Positions 37,491 through 50,786 of a stretch of 64,000 bases of DNA are shown piece after piece (within the stretch, counting starts at the first letter, position 1; each line of letters starts with the position of its first letter). Location: NCBI GenBank assembly GCA_964016885.1, contig OZ024743.1, positions 20,646,001 through 20,710,000 of the forward strand, written 5' to 3'. The stretch is from Eledone cirrhosa. Lineage: Eukaryota. Below the pieces are notes generated by a model that had not been told where the DNA came from, did not search any database, and saw only the letters and a program-made list of their open reading frames with translations. Both the position numbers and the translations under genes were made by a program.

Positions 37491-39258
37491 CCCACAGTTA
37501 ATTATCAATTAAATAACCAAAAGAAAAAAAATAGATTCACTTTCCTAATTTGAGTTCAAGACATTGGCATTCTGTAGTGCAATTAGCAACATTGGTTATC
37601 TAGCAAAGATATATGTGTTGCTTGAATTCTACAAGTGGGTTTATTTCTCTTTTCTCTCTCTCAAATTAATTTTAAGAGTATCTAATATGACTTTATGTTG
37701 GAAGTCTCAGCAATTAATTCATATCTTTAGTGAATTTGAACAACCATTGACACAGAATTTGTTACTTGTAACTCTGTTGCTGTAATTGCTGAGATAAAGT
37801 GATTACCTGTTATGTTCAAAGTTAATTTTAAGATAACTTTAATCTATCTCTGCATGAATATTAATTTTATGAAACTTATGCTTTATACAAATGTCTTCTT
37901 ATTAGTTGTGACTAGTGTGTCTATAATTTTCACTTTTCATATCATCCCAAGTGTAATCTATTAGTAATTTCACTGTCATTATAAATAGAATATAAGACTA
38001 AGATTAGCCAGTTGTCATAAATCTTTTTTTTTTATACAGAAATGTTTTTTTTTGCTCCTTTTATTTTACCAAGTCGACATTATACCATCTCTCAACAGGT
38101 ATAGTGGAATACATATGGGGCAATGTAATCAAAAGCTAGAATGGTGTTTTTTTTCTTTGTTTTAACATTTGCTTAGTAGTTTTCACAATTGGTTCTATGA
38201 AATTATTTTATTTATCTCTTAAAAGTGTGACAAACAATCAGTTGATTGAGTTTTCCTATTCAGTAATATCCATCAATATGTGATTAGTACTATGACTTCC
38301 ATCTTGGGAATTCTACATGTGTGTAGACTTTGGAAGAAATCATTTGGAAATGTGTTTAGTGTAGGATCTGGCCATAGGAAGAAACACAGTAGAGCCAAGT
38401 GAGGAGATGTAGGCTTGAGTGGAGGGATTATGTAGATAGCTAGTTCAGGGGTAGTTATAGATTTGTATAGCAGGTATAGAGCAGTATGCTATGTCTTTGA
38501 ACAGAACACATTATTCCACATTGCAGCAGTTCACTCAGCTTACAAAATGAGTTGTACCTCTAATTGAAGGAGCCAGCATTGTCACACACTGTCATACTGT
38601 ATCTCCCCGAGAACTACATTAACGATGCACATGCCTGTAGAATGCTCAACCACTCATATACTAACTTCGTAATCAGACAGTTATGTTGATTGAATCTGCT
38701 AGAGAAGTCATCATTCAAATGACAGAGGTCTAATAACAGGACAGGCAGAAGAAGCAGTATCTATGAGCCACTGGGTGTAGCATATAGATGTGTGAATCTT
38801 TATTAAATACATCTATAAGAAAACTAGTCTTAGATAAATATGTAGGTTTTACCTGTGTTTTATAAGAGTCAGCAATCATTGTACTTCTGACCCAAAAGTA
38901 GAAGTCTATGTTTGGGATGAAGTTTTAAGAATGGAAGTTATCATGAGAGATCATCAGAGAGTGCATGTGTGTTAGTATTTGTAGTGACCTTCATTGTGTG
39001 CTATTCTTGTATAAAGAGAATTAATTACATTAGTCTTTGTGTAGTGATTATATTCTGGTGCTGTTGAAGGAAACTGGTGTATTAGGTCCCCATTGAAGGA
39101 GTTTTACAATGAGTGATCATTTAAGTTGTGCAGTTCTGACTTAAAACGACTTGGTTGCATGCTTTGAAGTTATTAGAAAATGGGTTAAATTTGATTGCAA
39201 GCAAGTCCTTAGTGTACAGAAGGAAGAATCTAAAAACATAAGTTGATAGTGTAATAAT

Positions 39259-39426
39259 TGTTTCTACTTTTGGCACAAGGCCAGCAATTACCCAGTACAT
39301 TACTGGTACTTTATTTTATCGACCCCGGAAGGATGAAAAGCAAAGTTAACCTCACACCGTAAAGGGACGTAACTATGTTGAAAAGCATGGCGTCCGACCC
39401 TCTACCGATACTGCCAATCCACTGCC
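39259..39426 (-). mobile_element. Young family-2 tRNA-SINE with 16-bp TSD
   Basis: TTGATAGTGTAATAAT at 39243-39258 and 39427-39442. Confidence 0.92.
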
Positions 39427-39553
39427 TTGATAGTGTAATAATGTGTGGAAGACAGAGCCTTGTCAATGCATGCTAGAACAGAACAGTTGGATAAGAATCC
39501 TCAGATTCAAGAGATTGGGCAGCAACTATGGGAACTGCAGCACAAAAACTTAA

Positions 39554-39778
39554 CCTGTTGACTGCCACATTTTTTCACAGCTACAGTTGTTGTACTCAGT
39601 TTTCTTTTCTGTAAAATGACTGTTTTGATTGACAAATGTCACATCAATAAACTAGTAACCTCATTTAGCTTTAAACTGTTGGAAATGAGTACAAACATGT
39701 TAGGATGAGTTATCTCATCTGTGGCACTGGAATGCATACATGTTAGGATGAGTTATCTCGTCTCTGGCACTGAAGAGG
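39554..39778. mobile_element. piggyBac-like MITE (225 bp)
   Basis: TTAA|CCTGTTGACTGCCA ... TGGCACTGAAGAGG|TTAA; 42-bp subterminal tandem repeat ACATGTTAGGATGAGTTATCTC. Confidence 0.75.
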
Positions 39779-40769
39779 TTAAATTCTCTGCTTAATGGAC
39801 TCAACAAAGTAAAGGTTAAAAATTCCCTTCGATCACAAATGACCATGGATTTTGCACATAGAAAGTTCTCCTCTGAGGCATGAACCCAGGCAAAGAAGTT
39901 TTTGTGGAAGATTAGCAGTCTTGCATGCATACCAATCTCTCTCCACTCCATCGATGTCAGGCAAAACCAACTGACAGGAGACTCAGAGATAGACATCCAT
40001 CAACTCTGTCTCACTTATAGATCCAGCCAGATCATTTAAAGAAGTTGCTTCTGATAAGAGGAAGAGGGGGACAAGGGAAGAAAAAGAAGAATCCAGTGCC
40101 TTATCTACTCTATTATTTCACCTCTATTGATTGGATTTTTCAATCATTGGAATGCACACTATTAGTTAAATATCTTCTCTAAGATTAAATACCATAAACA
40201 TTTAGCTATTTTTAAAGAAATGAAGTGTTGTTGATTCTCAAGGAAAATATATGAAGTGTATATACCTTATTTATAGAATTAAGTTTTCACGCCACTGGTT
40301 ATATTCTGAAAATTTCTAAAAATGAAGTAGATTCAAATTGTAGATTAGAAAAAAATCATAATACAATAAAAAGAAATCAATGTTGATGAGAAAATAGCTT
40401 TCTGTTCAATAGATTAAAATTCTCCATCAATATTTTATTTCATAGAAACTGATTTTTTATTGTTCATTATATAAATGAAATTAAAGCTATAGAGGTTTTT
40501 GTAATGGTTTGTTAATAGTGATTAATTCTATACTATATTTCTAAGTTTCTTTTCAATATTACTATTACAATATTGTTAAAAGTTATGTCAGCTGTAAACA
40601 TTTGTATAGAATCTCTTGCAAGGATGCCAAATTCTGTGTGTGATTTGTGTGTTCAGTATTTAGAATACCTTTCATATAAAACTAGAAAAACATATATAAC
40701 ATTGTAGATATTTCATTTTTTTTTTATTTGTTCTTATCTGAAGAAAGTCTGTATTCAGGACCTCTGCAG

Positions 40770-42420
40770 GTCCTCTGAGATTAAGATTGAAGTCACTCAC
40801 CTTCTGCTTGAACAGTCAACGACTGAGGTAAAAACATGTGTAAGGAAAATCTTTCAAATGATTGATGCTTTTGAGAAGAGATAGATGTAGTGGTTGGCAT
40901 AGGACTTGTGGTATGAACGTTATATGAATGACAAGACGAAAGATGAGTGGGTGGGGGGGGGGAGGGCATGAGGTCAACTAAATCAGAGGTGCAGAGGCCA
41001 CTATAGTAAAAGTAGATGAGGCAGAGACAGAAGACAGCATATCTGTGTGCCGGAGGCTGGAGTGTGTTTGTGATTATCTTCATGCCCGTGTGTCAAGTGG
41101 CTATTCCTTGCAAATGTCAATCTTTGTGTGTAGCAACAGTACCATCCTAAATGTGAAAGTACTCCATTGTGAGTCTTCCTCAAGCTTTGTAATGTGTTAA
41201 TGGGCATTATAGGTCGAAGTATTTTGTTGTTTTGAAGAGAAGGGCCAGTCATTGATGCAGAATTTGCTATGTTGAAAATGTGTATTCAGTGATAGTAAAG
41301 CCTAATATATAAAGTGACCCTGAAGATTCTAGTTGCATGCTGTTCATATTTAGATGGGCATATTTTGTTGGTATGTGCAGTGATTTGCAGGATCTTATTG
41401 GTTGATGTTTTTGCAGTTTCTGTTTGTGGAGTAGTGTATATTTTGGTGAAGTGTCTATGTTGTAATACAGATGACAGGCAGTTCAATGTAAAATATTAAG
41501 GAGCAATGAAGTTTCGTAACATCTGTGTGGGAGTTGGTATTGTTGGAGGAGGTAAATAGGATATTGGTGTTTAGGTGGAAGAGTGTAGAGCACAAAACCA
41601 TACCTTAGGCACATCAGAATTAACAGATTGTGGGCCAGAGAGTCCTATCAGCATTCACTGCAATACTGCATTCTGTTAGGAAGCCACTGATCCCAGAGAT
41701 GAGAGACAGCTAAAACCCAGTTTGAAAATATTGACAGAAAAGTTGAGTGCCAGATATAGTAGAAGCTTTTCTGAAATCCATGGCAGCAGCATTTCTTTTA
41801 TTATATTTCTGAAGGATTAGAGAACACTGCTGACTGACATATGAAATTAAAACTCCAATAGATATGGTTTTATGAAAGCCACATTTGTAATCATTAATGA
41901 GGGAAATATATTCAAAATGCTGAAGAAGATTGCTGTTAGTGGTTGTCTCCATCACATTTAAGCTATTAGAAGTGAGTATAATGAGGCTGTAGTTGGTAGT
42001 AGAAGGGGTCGTTCTTGTTAGAAATGAAACACACTGTAGCATATTTTCAAAGAAGGTTACATTTTTTCCTGAGCGAGAGAGAGATTAGAGAATTTGGTGA
42101 GGTTACGAGCTTGCTCTGAGGCATATTGTTTGAATATAATGGAAAGGATATTGTCAGTACCAGTTACCTTTTTGATTTAAAGTGACTGAAAATACTTTTA
42201 TGTTTGATATTTGTGTCGGGTGAACCTGGTATTGTAGAAATTTACCTAGTGTAAGCAGTGTGGAATTGGATACAAGATGGCCAGTAAATGTGGGACGATT
42301 TACTTTGCAGGCATTACATTTTAGATTGAAGGAATAGAATGTGGGGCTTGCATGTTAGTAAGAAATGAAATGTAAGGTTTAGGTTTCATTGGGAACTATG
42401 ATCATTAGGGAAGATGAGGG
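40770..42420 (-). mobile_element. Ancient CR1/L2-group LINE fragment
   Basis: Minus-strand decayed RT motifs: PSTTNYSLI, MDFRKAST (from LDISKAFD), DVP*GMVL-like segment near 41600 and MEYFHI. Confidence 0.65.
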
Positions 42421-42469
42421 AGATTGTCCATGTTTAGTTATAGCTTTTAGTATATCAAGAAATATAGCA

Positions 42470-42625
42470 CAGTCATGGGCAAATTGCTGACCATGGGTCA
42501 CATGCATACCATTTGGCTTTCTGAAGGCATGCCTGATAAAAAATTACCTCAGATTGTGTTAGTAGTGCCTTATGATGACCCATATCTTATGTGATCCACT
42601 ACTTGAAAAAGGTTGCCCATTCCTT
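42470..42625. mobile_element. hAT-like MITE
   Basis: CAGTCATGGGCAA ... TTGCCCATTCCTT termini; flanks ATATAGCA / GTATAGAA resemble a decayed 8-bp TSD. Confidence 0.4.
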
Positions 42626-43864
42626 GTATAGAAGTCTGTAGTGTGATACCATAGCAGGATAATTGAGTAGTTAACAAATTTACTGTGATATTTGAATAAC
42701 GTGGTGGCTCCAAATTTCTTGTATATACTGCTTTGCCTATCAAAGTTATTAATCTAGCTGAATAGATATCCAATTTTCTTTAAAATTTGATTACAATTTA
42801 AATTTATATCTGTCACTTTATTTTACTATAAGAAACCAGTTTCCTAATCTAATTTCTAATATCACTTATTCATCAAATTTAATATGAATCAATGTTTAAC
42901 ATTTTTTAAATGCTATCCATCGTGTTGTCCATATCTAAATTTCATTGTATAAACAACATTAGAAAAAATACCTAAAAATGTCAAATTCAGTATTACCTCT
43001 TAAAGATCACTTAATGCATGAATATAATACTTTTTTTTATTACCATTATCATGATTGTTTTCATGTCATCATCACTATACATAATCATGTTGGTTCTAAT
43101 TTCTCCTTAATTTTCTTGCATTTTTTCAACGAAGTAAATTTTCTTGTGACTCAGAGATAATTTGTCTGGTAGATCTTACTTGATTGTAGTTGAGATCTTC
43201 TATTGCAGATGCAAACTAGTGTGTGTGTGCGTGCATCTGTTAGTGTTTTAAAGAAAATGGCTTGCACTTCTCTTTTCTATGATAATATATGTTGATATTT
43301 TGTTAAAATAGATAAATAAACATAAATTATTTTAAAATACCACTACTACTTTTAAAGTACGAAATAATAATTATTAAGAAAGAATTGTGAAATATAAAAT
43401 TAAAAAATATAAATTTGTGAGAGAACTTTTAAGATTTTAAGTAAAATTCATTAAGATTTGGTGATTATGTGATTCAATGGTAATTTATAATAATTATCAT
43501 TAATATCACAATGCTTTTAGAATTTGCATTGAATAATGACAATATTCTATTTAGCATATGTCATTACATCTTTTGTGAAATGCATTAATAATAATGCATT
43601 TCAATTAATATTTAAAAGGATCAAAGACTTGGTGGAATTTGGAAAATAACTAACTTGCCCATTATTAATTTGATGTACATGACATTATGAGAAAAGATTC
43701 AAATGTAAACAAATACATTTTTAAATGGACACATTTTGTATCAGGGATGTCTGAGATATTAAAAAACAAAAATTTTACATTCTCCTAACTGCCACCCAGG
43801 TATTCTTTAGTCTACCCGATTCTTATATCATTAGCTTACAAGGTATATACATACCTCTCTGAAG

Positions 43865-44110
43865 TCTGTCTCAAACCAGGAGGCTCATCAGGCCAGTGCT
43901 TAGCCCAGTTTCATGGCTTGAAGTGACTGAGAGTACAAGACTCCTACCTGGACAGGATGCCAGTCCATCACAAGGTTAAACACCCAACTAATGCTGACTC
44001 ATTTTCAGCTGAGTATACAGGAGCAATGAGAAATGAAGTGTTTTGCTCAAGACAACTCTGCCCAGGAATTGAACCCGGCACCCTTATCACTAGGCCATGC
44101 ACCTCCACAA
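43865..44110 (-). mobile_element. tRNA-derived SINE
   Basis: GAAATGAAGTGTTTTGCTCAAGAC...GGAATTGAACCC reverse B-box. Confidence 0.75.
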
Positions 44111-46748
44111 TATATATATATAAGATCATATCATTCTTGTCCCACTGCTTTCTCAATTTCTAGAGCACAGTTAATCTTATAAATTTACTTTACTCTTTCA
44201 AAGTTCTTTAGTTAATATGTATTCCATGATGATTTGTCTAAGAACGATATATTTCAAGTTAAATTACTAAAAGCTCGAAGATAAAGTAGGTGATTGTGGG
44301 TTCTTAACTGACACTTATGATGATTTAACAAAGTTTAAGTTAGAAACTGACTTCTAAATAGATGCTGCATGTAAATGGAAAATTTGAGATAATGACAAAA
44401 CAAGATATCAAAAATCAAGACATTTCTTTCTACAAAAGGAACTTCTTTCCATAACATTGTATCTATTTATGTTTTAAATTTATATTGCATTTTGCATAGT
44501 GTCTTTGGTTACAAGTTTCAGTTGGTCAATCACTGGTTCACTGCATTTACAAGGGTGACATGGTCAAAGAAGTATGTTTGTAATACATGACTGCATATAT
44601 AAGGGAGAAAGTAACTAGGAAGCATGCATGTAACCTTGAACTGCATTAGCTAGAGTGAAAGGGATAAAGAAGCATGTGTGTAACCCAAGTAGAACAACGC
44701 CACAGCTATTTTTGTTTGGAAGCACCAAATTTTCGCTTTTCTCTTCAATGTTTACATTGGCAAAATACACATATGATAGCACGGGTTTCCATCTACAAAA
44801 TTCTACTTATAATGTATTGGTTAGTTTGAGGCTATGACAGAAGTCATCTGTTTAAAAGTGCTGTGCACGGAGATAGAATCCAAAGACCAGAAGACTTGTC
44901 TTCCCATGGGCACAGGTTGAAGCATACATCTAGTATGCACCACCTTTCCCTCCCTCTCTTCCAGACACCACTCATGTTCTAACATTGCACCCATGTCCTA
45001 AAACTCCACCCATGCACTAAAATGGACATTAAACAGTGATGATGATTAAACATGAGATATAGAAATCAAGTTATATATAGTTTATTGAATAACTAAGTGT
45101 ATATCTTGTGTTTATTGTGAAAGAAGAAATATTTGTTGAAAGAGGTTTTGTGTCATGGGTAAAAATTTACTGAGAACCAGGAGCAGTTTTCCTATGCTGA
45201 GAACCAAATCATTATTCCCATTTATCCGAACAATTTTATTAACTCTTTGAACAGTTTCATCATTACATTTAGTTGCTCCTTATGGTAAGCTTAAAACCTG
45301 ACATGTCACTCAAAATAATATATGTTTTACAAGTTATAGAAGTAAGATAATTGCAAGTGTGAAATATTTTAAAGACTTTGATCATATTAATTCTAGTAGT
45401 AAATGAACCAAGTATCTTACAGCAATGCCCTTTCAGTAGAGTGTAATTTTTCCACCAGACAGCATTTCTCCTATAATGTGAAATATAATATCCAGTAATA
45501 CACATAGATTCTGAAATCAATATTCTTAAGCGTGATATCTTTAGACATTTTCAAAAGTACATAACACAAATATATTGCCCACATTTTCCAGCTATTTGTA
45601 ATTTTGTAATCGAAAATTTAAATTTTAAATGGCCTGCAAATGTGCATTATAAGCATCACTCTAATCACCAATAAGTTAGTAGTTATTATAAACATTCACT
45701 TAGAGACATGTCTAGATAATGTACTGTTGTTTGAATTCTCATGCTTTCTGTGTCAATGAGTGAAAATGAGATTTTCTGAAATTGAATATACCCCCTTCAA
45801 TATATAATGTGTGTAGTAGAATAAGTTTTCATTCCTTGGGGCACAAATCATTCAATTGAAACAAAAGGACTATAGCATTTTGTCAATGCCTATTTTAGCC
45901 TGGTATATTTTATTTGCTTTGCTTCTTAAGAGCATGAGACATATAAAGGATAATTGCTGAATTTGATTTATACAAATCCTAATGCTATTACTCTCATGAA
46001 GAAAGGACAATGAATTATTGTGTAACTGTTTATAATTTTATTAAAATCTTTTCAATTGTATATATTCACTAAGAGGTTTTAGCATTTTATATTTTGCCAC
46101 ATTATGGATGAAGTAAGAAGCATTTTAAATTATGATTCTTTTTCTACAACTTCTATCCTATCCACATCTTGCTAACAGAGAAAGCAGACATTAAATGATG
46201 ATCTGCATATTTTAAAATCAATCAAATCTTTTCAACCCGTCAAGGTTAACTTTGCCTTTCATCCTTACTGGGATGATAAAATAAAGCACCAGTAATGCAC
46301 TGGGATAATTGCTGGCCTTGTGCCAAAAGTAGAAACAATTATTAAAGAATCATAATATTTTGATATTCACAAATACATAGAATTAGCCACTGTCAAATTT
46401 GTCTAATTGTATTACTTTAATTCTCCAAATCTTTTGATGGTTGGTCCATGACCAACCAAGAAGCTATTAACTTATTTGGAATTTCATGGGTTTTCTGATT
46501 ATCTACCAGTTAGGTAAGGTTTTAATCTATTTGTTCTATTTAGTCATAATAGCAATATTTGTTGTGTGGGTAGGGAGGATAACTTTATGACAGTGCACAA
46601 CAAAATAATGGTTCACATAAGATCTGCAGAACATATCTTCATTATTGAGAGGTTGTAGTACATGTTGAATATACTCAGTGATTGTGGATCAGAAAGCTAT
46701 ACCCAGTGCCACATCAACAAAACTAAAGTAGTATATACTGACATATAT

Positions 46749-47220
46749 CATCATCACCGTTTTACGTCCGTTCTTCCATGCTAGCATGGGTTGGACGGGT
46801 TGTCCTGTTGTGGGCAGTGTCCGGTCAGCTGACCTTGTCTTGCTCATACGGGAACTGATTCTGGCTTGATTTCTATAGCTGGATGCCCTTCCTAACACCA
46901 ACCTCATTTACAGTGAGTGCTGGATGTTTTTTTTCGTGGTGCCTACAATTTACAGTGTGGGCTGGGTGCTCTTTTGCTATGGCACCTCCACGACCACTTT
47001 GCAGTGGGAGGGTCTGGGGGCATATTGTCTATATGCTTCAGCTTTGGCTTGTACCCGTGGGGGATCGGGTCTGCTGTATTACTGCATGACGCCAGAGGTC
47101 ATGGTCATGTGTCATTGCCTTTGAGAGGTGTAATTGGGTATGGTCGGCTTTTATCACCTCATCCCAGGTCTTCTTGGGTCTTCCCACTCTGCAGTTTCCA
47201 TCGACTTCTAGTGCATGAAG
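46749..47220 (-). mobile_element. 5'-truncated RTE related to copies A/B (ORF end plus long 3' UTR)
   Basis: Minus strand EVDGNCRVGRPKKTWDEVIKAD..LHLSKAMTHDHDLWRHAV followed by the AGGAAGGGCATCCAGC UTR and (GAT)n tail. Confidence 0.85.
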
Positions 47221-47529
47221 TTACACATACACAATGAATATACACGTGCTCATAAAATAATAAACATTGACAAATATTCTTATATATATTAATTAAACTG
47301 AGTAAAATGTTTGATACCTCCCACATGCAATGTCTTCACCTTAAAAAAAATAGGCATAAATAGTTTACAAGGATTTAATTGGGATTATTCGCTTATTGGC
47401 TGACACGGAGCTGAGATGAACTCACTGATGTAATTTTCATCAACACAAAATTAATATATTGAAATATAAAATATGTAAATATTTTACTGCAATATTGACA
47501 TGATTTTGATTTTGTATCAGTACTGCCGG

Positions 47530-47565
<36 letters not shown>

Positions 47566-47566
<1 letters not shown>

Positions 47567-50005
47567 GAGGGGTCAATTAAGGCCAAAAAGCAGGCTTGGA
47601 AAGTATGGCAGGATGGGGGAAGTAGAGAAGACTATCAAGTGGCCAGGAGGGAAGCTAGGAGACAAGTGTACTTAGCAAGAAGGGAAGCTGAGGAAAGAAA
47701 GTTCAAGCATGTTCTACAACGCGATGACCAAAAACGTGAGGTGTTCAGGATTGCTAGGCAATGTGTCAAGGAAAACCGTGATATTGTCGGGGAGAAGTGT
47801 GTACTAAACGACGATGGCACACTTGCCATCACCGACGCTGATAAGAAGGTAGCTTGGAAGTGTCACTATGAAAGGTTACTAAATGAGGAGAATAAATGGG
47901 AGAAAGACAGTCTCCCCCATATCGACCCAATAGAGGGACCAGCAGTGTTAGTCGAGGGGAGTATAATAAGTAAGGCAATCAAGGATATGAAGACGGGTAA
48001 GGCGGCTGGGCCTTCGGAAATAGTTGCTGAGATGCTGAAGGCATCTGGCACGGTGGGACACACCATGGTCACCCGCATAGTTAACCAAGTCGTACAGAAT
48101 GGGGTTGTTCCGAAGGACTGGCATAGCAGCATCATCGTTAACTGTTATAAGGGTAAAGGAGACGCCCTAGATAGGAGTAACTATAGAGGCATTAAATTAA
48201 TCGACCAGGTCATGAAGGTCACGGAAAAAGTAATAGCGCAACTAATCAGAGAGAGAATTGACCTAGATGAAATGCAGTTCGGGTTTGTGTCAGGCAAAAG
48301 TACCACAGACGCTCTTTTCATAGTACGACAACTACAGGAGAAGTACCTAGCTAAAGGTAAACCCCTCTACTTAGCTTTTGTCGACTTGGAGAAAGCCTTC
48401 GACAGAGTCCCCCGCTCCATTATCTGGTGGGCTCTTAGAAAACTAGGCGTTGACGAATGGCTTGTGAGGGCTATACAAGCCATGTATAAAGAAACAGTCA
48501 GCAAGGTTAGAATTAACAACGAATATAGTGAAGAGTTTAGCGTAAAAGTTGGCGTCCATCAGGGCTCTGTTCTCAGCCCCCTACTATTTATTATTGCCCT
48601 TCAGGCTATAACAGAGGAGTTCAAGACAGGCTGCCCATGGGAACTCCTATACGCAGACGACCTGACACTCATAGCGGAATCAATGGCCGAGCTAGAGAAG
48701 AAATTCCAAACATGGAAGCACGGCCTAGTGTCAAAAGGACTTAAAATTAACCTGGCTAAGACCAAAGTTCTAGTTTGTAGGAAAGAAAACAAGGCGGCGG
48801 TCCCTTCTGGGAAATGGTCGTGCTCGGTGTGTAGGAAAGGCGTAGGTAGAAACTCCATTTTATGTCCTAAATGCAAAGTATGGGTGCATAAAAGATGTAG
48901 TGGGATCACAGGTAAGCTAACTAAGAACATAGATTTTACATGTGGCCGGTGCTCTGGTGCAATAAGTAGCAGCAAGTGCCCACAAAATACTACCTCTTTC
49001 AATTGCGCAGAGGGTTCTATAGAAATAGTGGACAGCTTCCGTTACCTGGGCGATAAAATCAGCAGTGGGGGAGGGTGCTCTGAAAGTACTGTAGCTAGAG
49101 TCAGAACTGGTTGGAAAAAGTTCAGAGAGCTTATACCACTATTAGTTGCTAAAGGGTTCTCCCTAAAAATGAAAGGCAGGTTGTACGATGCCTGCATACG
49201 AACAGCAATGCTGCATGGCAGTGAGACCTGGGCATTGTGTGCAGAGGATATACGCAGACTAGAGAGGAACGAAGCTTGCATGCTCCGCTGGATGTTTAAC
49301 AGTAATATACGTGAACGGCAAAGCATAAACGAACTAAGGAAAAAATTAGAGATAAGAGGGATCAGATGTTGTTTACTCGAGAGAAGGCTACGTTGGTATG
49401 GACACGTGATGCGCATGAAAGTCGATAGCTGTATAACAAAGTGCAGGGCAATAAAGATAGACGGTAGTCACGGAATAGGCAGACCTAGAAAAACCTGGGA
49501 CGAGCTGATAAACTCCGACATCACACACTTACACCTCTCCAAGATAATGTCACTGGACCGAGACCTTTGGCGGTACTCAGTAACAGAGAAGACCCGCCTT
49601 ACCTAAATATATAGTAAAACCTACTCCAGCCAGTAGGCATCTCTAACAAAATACACCCCGTCCCACCACCCCCACCCCCACCCCATCCACACCACCCCGT
49701 TCTATGTAAAGTTATGTTGGTGCCGCGCCATCCAGGCCGAAACAAATGAGATCGTGTAGGTGTCACGACAAAAAAACACACAGTACACGCTGTAATGTGG
49801 CCGTGTAGGCAACACGGTAAAAACCTCCCAGACCCACACTGTAAATGTGGTTGGTGTTAGGAAGGGCATCCAACTGTAGAAAACCTGCCAGACAGTCCTA
49901 TGCGAGCAAGACAATCACTCTTGCCTCAAGTGGGACTACCCTCGTCCAAACCCATGCAAGCGTGGAACACGGACGTTAAACGTTGATGATGATGATGATG
50001 ATGAT
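47566..50005 (+). mobile_element. RTE LINE copy A (5'-truncated, no endonuclease)
   Basis: Starts mid-ORF right after (TA)n and ends in (GAT)n; about 98% identical to copy B by eye. Confidence 0.95.
47639..49606 (+). CDS. RTE reverse transcriptase with PHD-like zinc finger (uninterrupted, 5'-truncated)
   Basis: NYRGIKL, QFGF, FVDLEKAFD, GVHQGSVLSP, YADD, CSVC..CPKC..HKRC..CGRC, HGSETW, RLRWYGHV, GRPRKTW. Confidence 0.95.
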   Translation: MARREARRQVYLARREAEERKFKHVLQRDDQKREVFRIARQCVKENRDIVGEKCVLNDDGTLAITDADKKVAWKCHYERLLNEENKWEKDSLPHIDPIEGPAVLVEGSIISKAIKDMKTGKAAGPSEIVAEMLKASGTVGHTMVTRIVNQVVQNGVVPKDWHSSIIVNCYKGKGDALDRSNYRGIKLIDQVMKVTEKVIAQLIRERIDLDEMQFGFVSGKSTTDALFIVRQLQEKYLAKGKPLYLAFVDLEKAFDRVPRSIIWWALRKLGVDEWLVRAIQAMYKETVSKVRINNEYSEEFSVKVGVHQGSVLSPLLFIIALQAITEEFKTGCPWELLYADDLTLIAESMAELEKKFQTWKHGLVSKGLKINLAKTKVLVCRKENKAAVPSGKWSCSVCRKGVGRNSILCPKCKVWVHKRCSGITGKLTKNIDFTCGRCSGAISSSKCPQNTTSFNCAEGSIEIVDSFRYLGDKISSGGGCSESTVARVRTGWKKFRELIPLLVAKGFSLKMKGRLYDACIRTAMLHGSETWALCAEDIRRLERNEACMLRWMFNSNIRERQSINELRKKLEIRGIRCCLLERRLRWYGHVMRMKVDSCITKCRAIKIDGSHGIGRPRKTWDELINSDITHLHLSKIMSLDRDLWRYSVTEKTRLT

Positions 50006-50587
50006 ATATAAATTCCTTAATTCTTAATCTAGCGTATTTTCAAACCTTAATTCCTAGCGTATTTTCAAACCTCAATTCCTAATTCTAGCGTATTTTCAAA
50101 ACAAAACAAAATCCTTTTCCTTCTTCCTCCTTTCGAAACTCTAAACTCCCGCTTCCTCGACCCCCCCCCCCCTTCCCTCTACTTCGCGAGGGCATGGCGG
50201 TCAACCGCCCAATACACACACATCATGCGGCCAACCCCCCCTCTCTCTCTCTCTCTTAGCTCTCTCTATATATATATATATAAGATAGAAATTCACTTCG
50301 CCAAATTTCATTGCATTGCTGTCTCCACCACGATATTCATGTAACGTAATGTACATATTTTTCTTTCATCTCTACCTCCACACTCCGATTTTGTATCAAG
50401 TCCAAATAGCCAATCTATTGCTAAAACAATCTACATTTTTTGTATCATTAATTGTTAGATACGAAAGTTTTTGTCGTATTGAACAGAACAAATTTTGTAT
50501 TTTTGTTAATCGCTTGTTAAATGCAAGGACCCCATTCAATCATTACCTTCTATCTAGCTACCCAACACCCCTCCCTCCCGCCCCCAT

Positions 50588-50682
50588 GCACCACCATTGC
50601 TATTACGTGGACCAATCATAAGCCAGAGCCCCCACGCATCACCAGTATTATTATTACGCGGACCAATCATAAGCCAGAGGCC
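50588..50682 (+). promoter_or_regulatory. Duplicated CCAAT-box module in RTE 5' UTR (candidate internal Pol II promoter)
   Basis: TATTACGYGGACCAATCATAAGCCAGAG at 50601 and 50652. Confidence 0.5.
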
Positions 50683-50786
50683 TATACTATCGCTTGCCTG
50701 GTTGCCTTTCGATATATGATGGATGGATGGACTGCGGAATCCTGGAGAGTGGAGGAGAGAGAGAAAAATCTGGACGCTCAGCGACA

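Noticed and set aside
38340-39240. Purine-rich stretch resembling a minus-strand CR1/L2 fossil
   Set aside because: No unambiguous motif recovered.
46440-46520. Strong donor TTAG|GTAAGG
   Set aside because: No matching acceptor or convincing open frame upstream.
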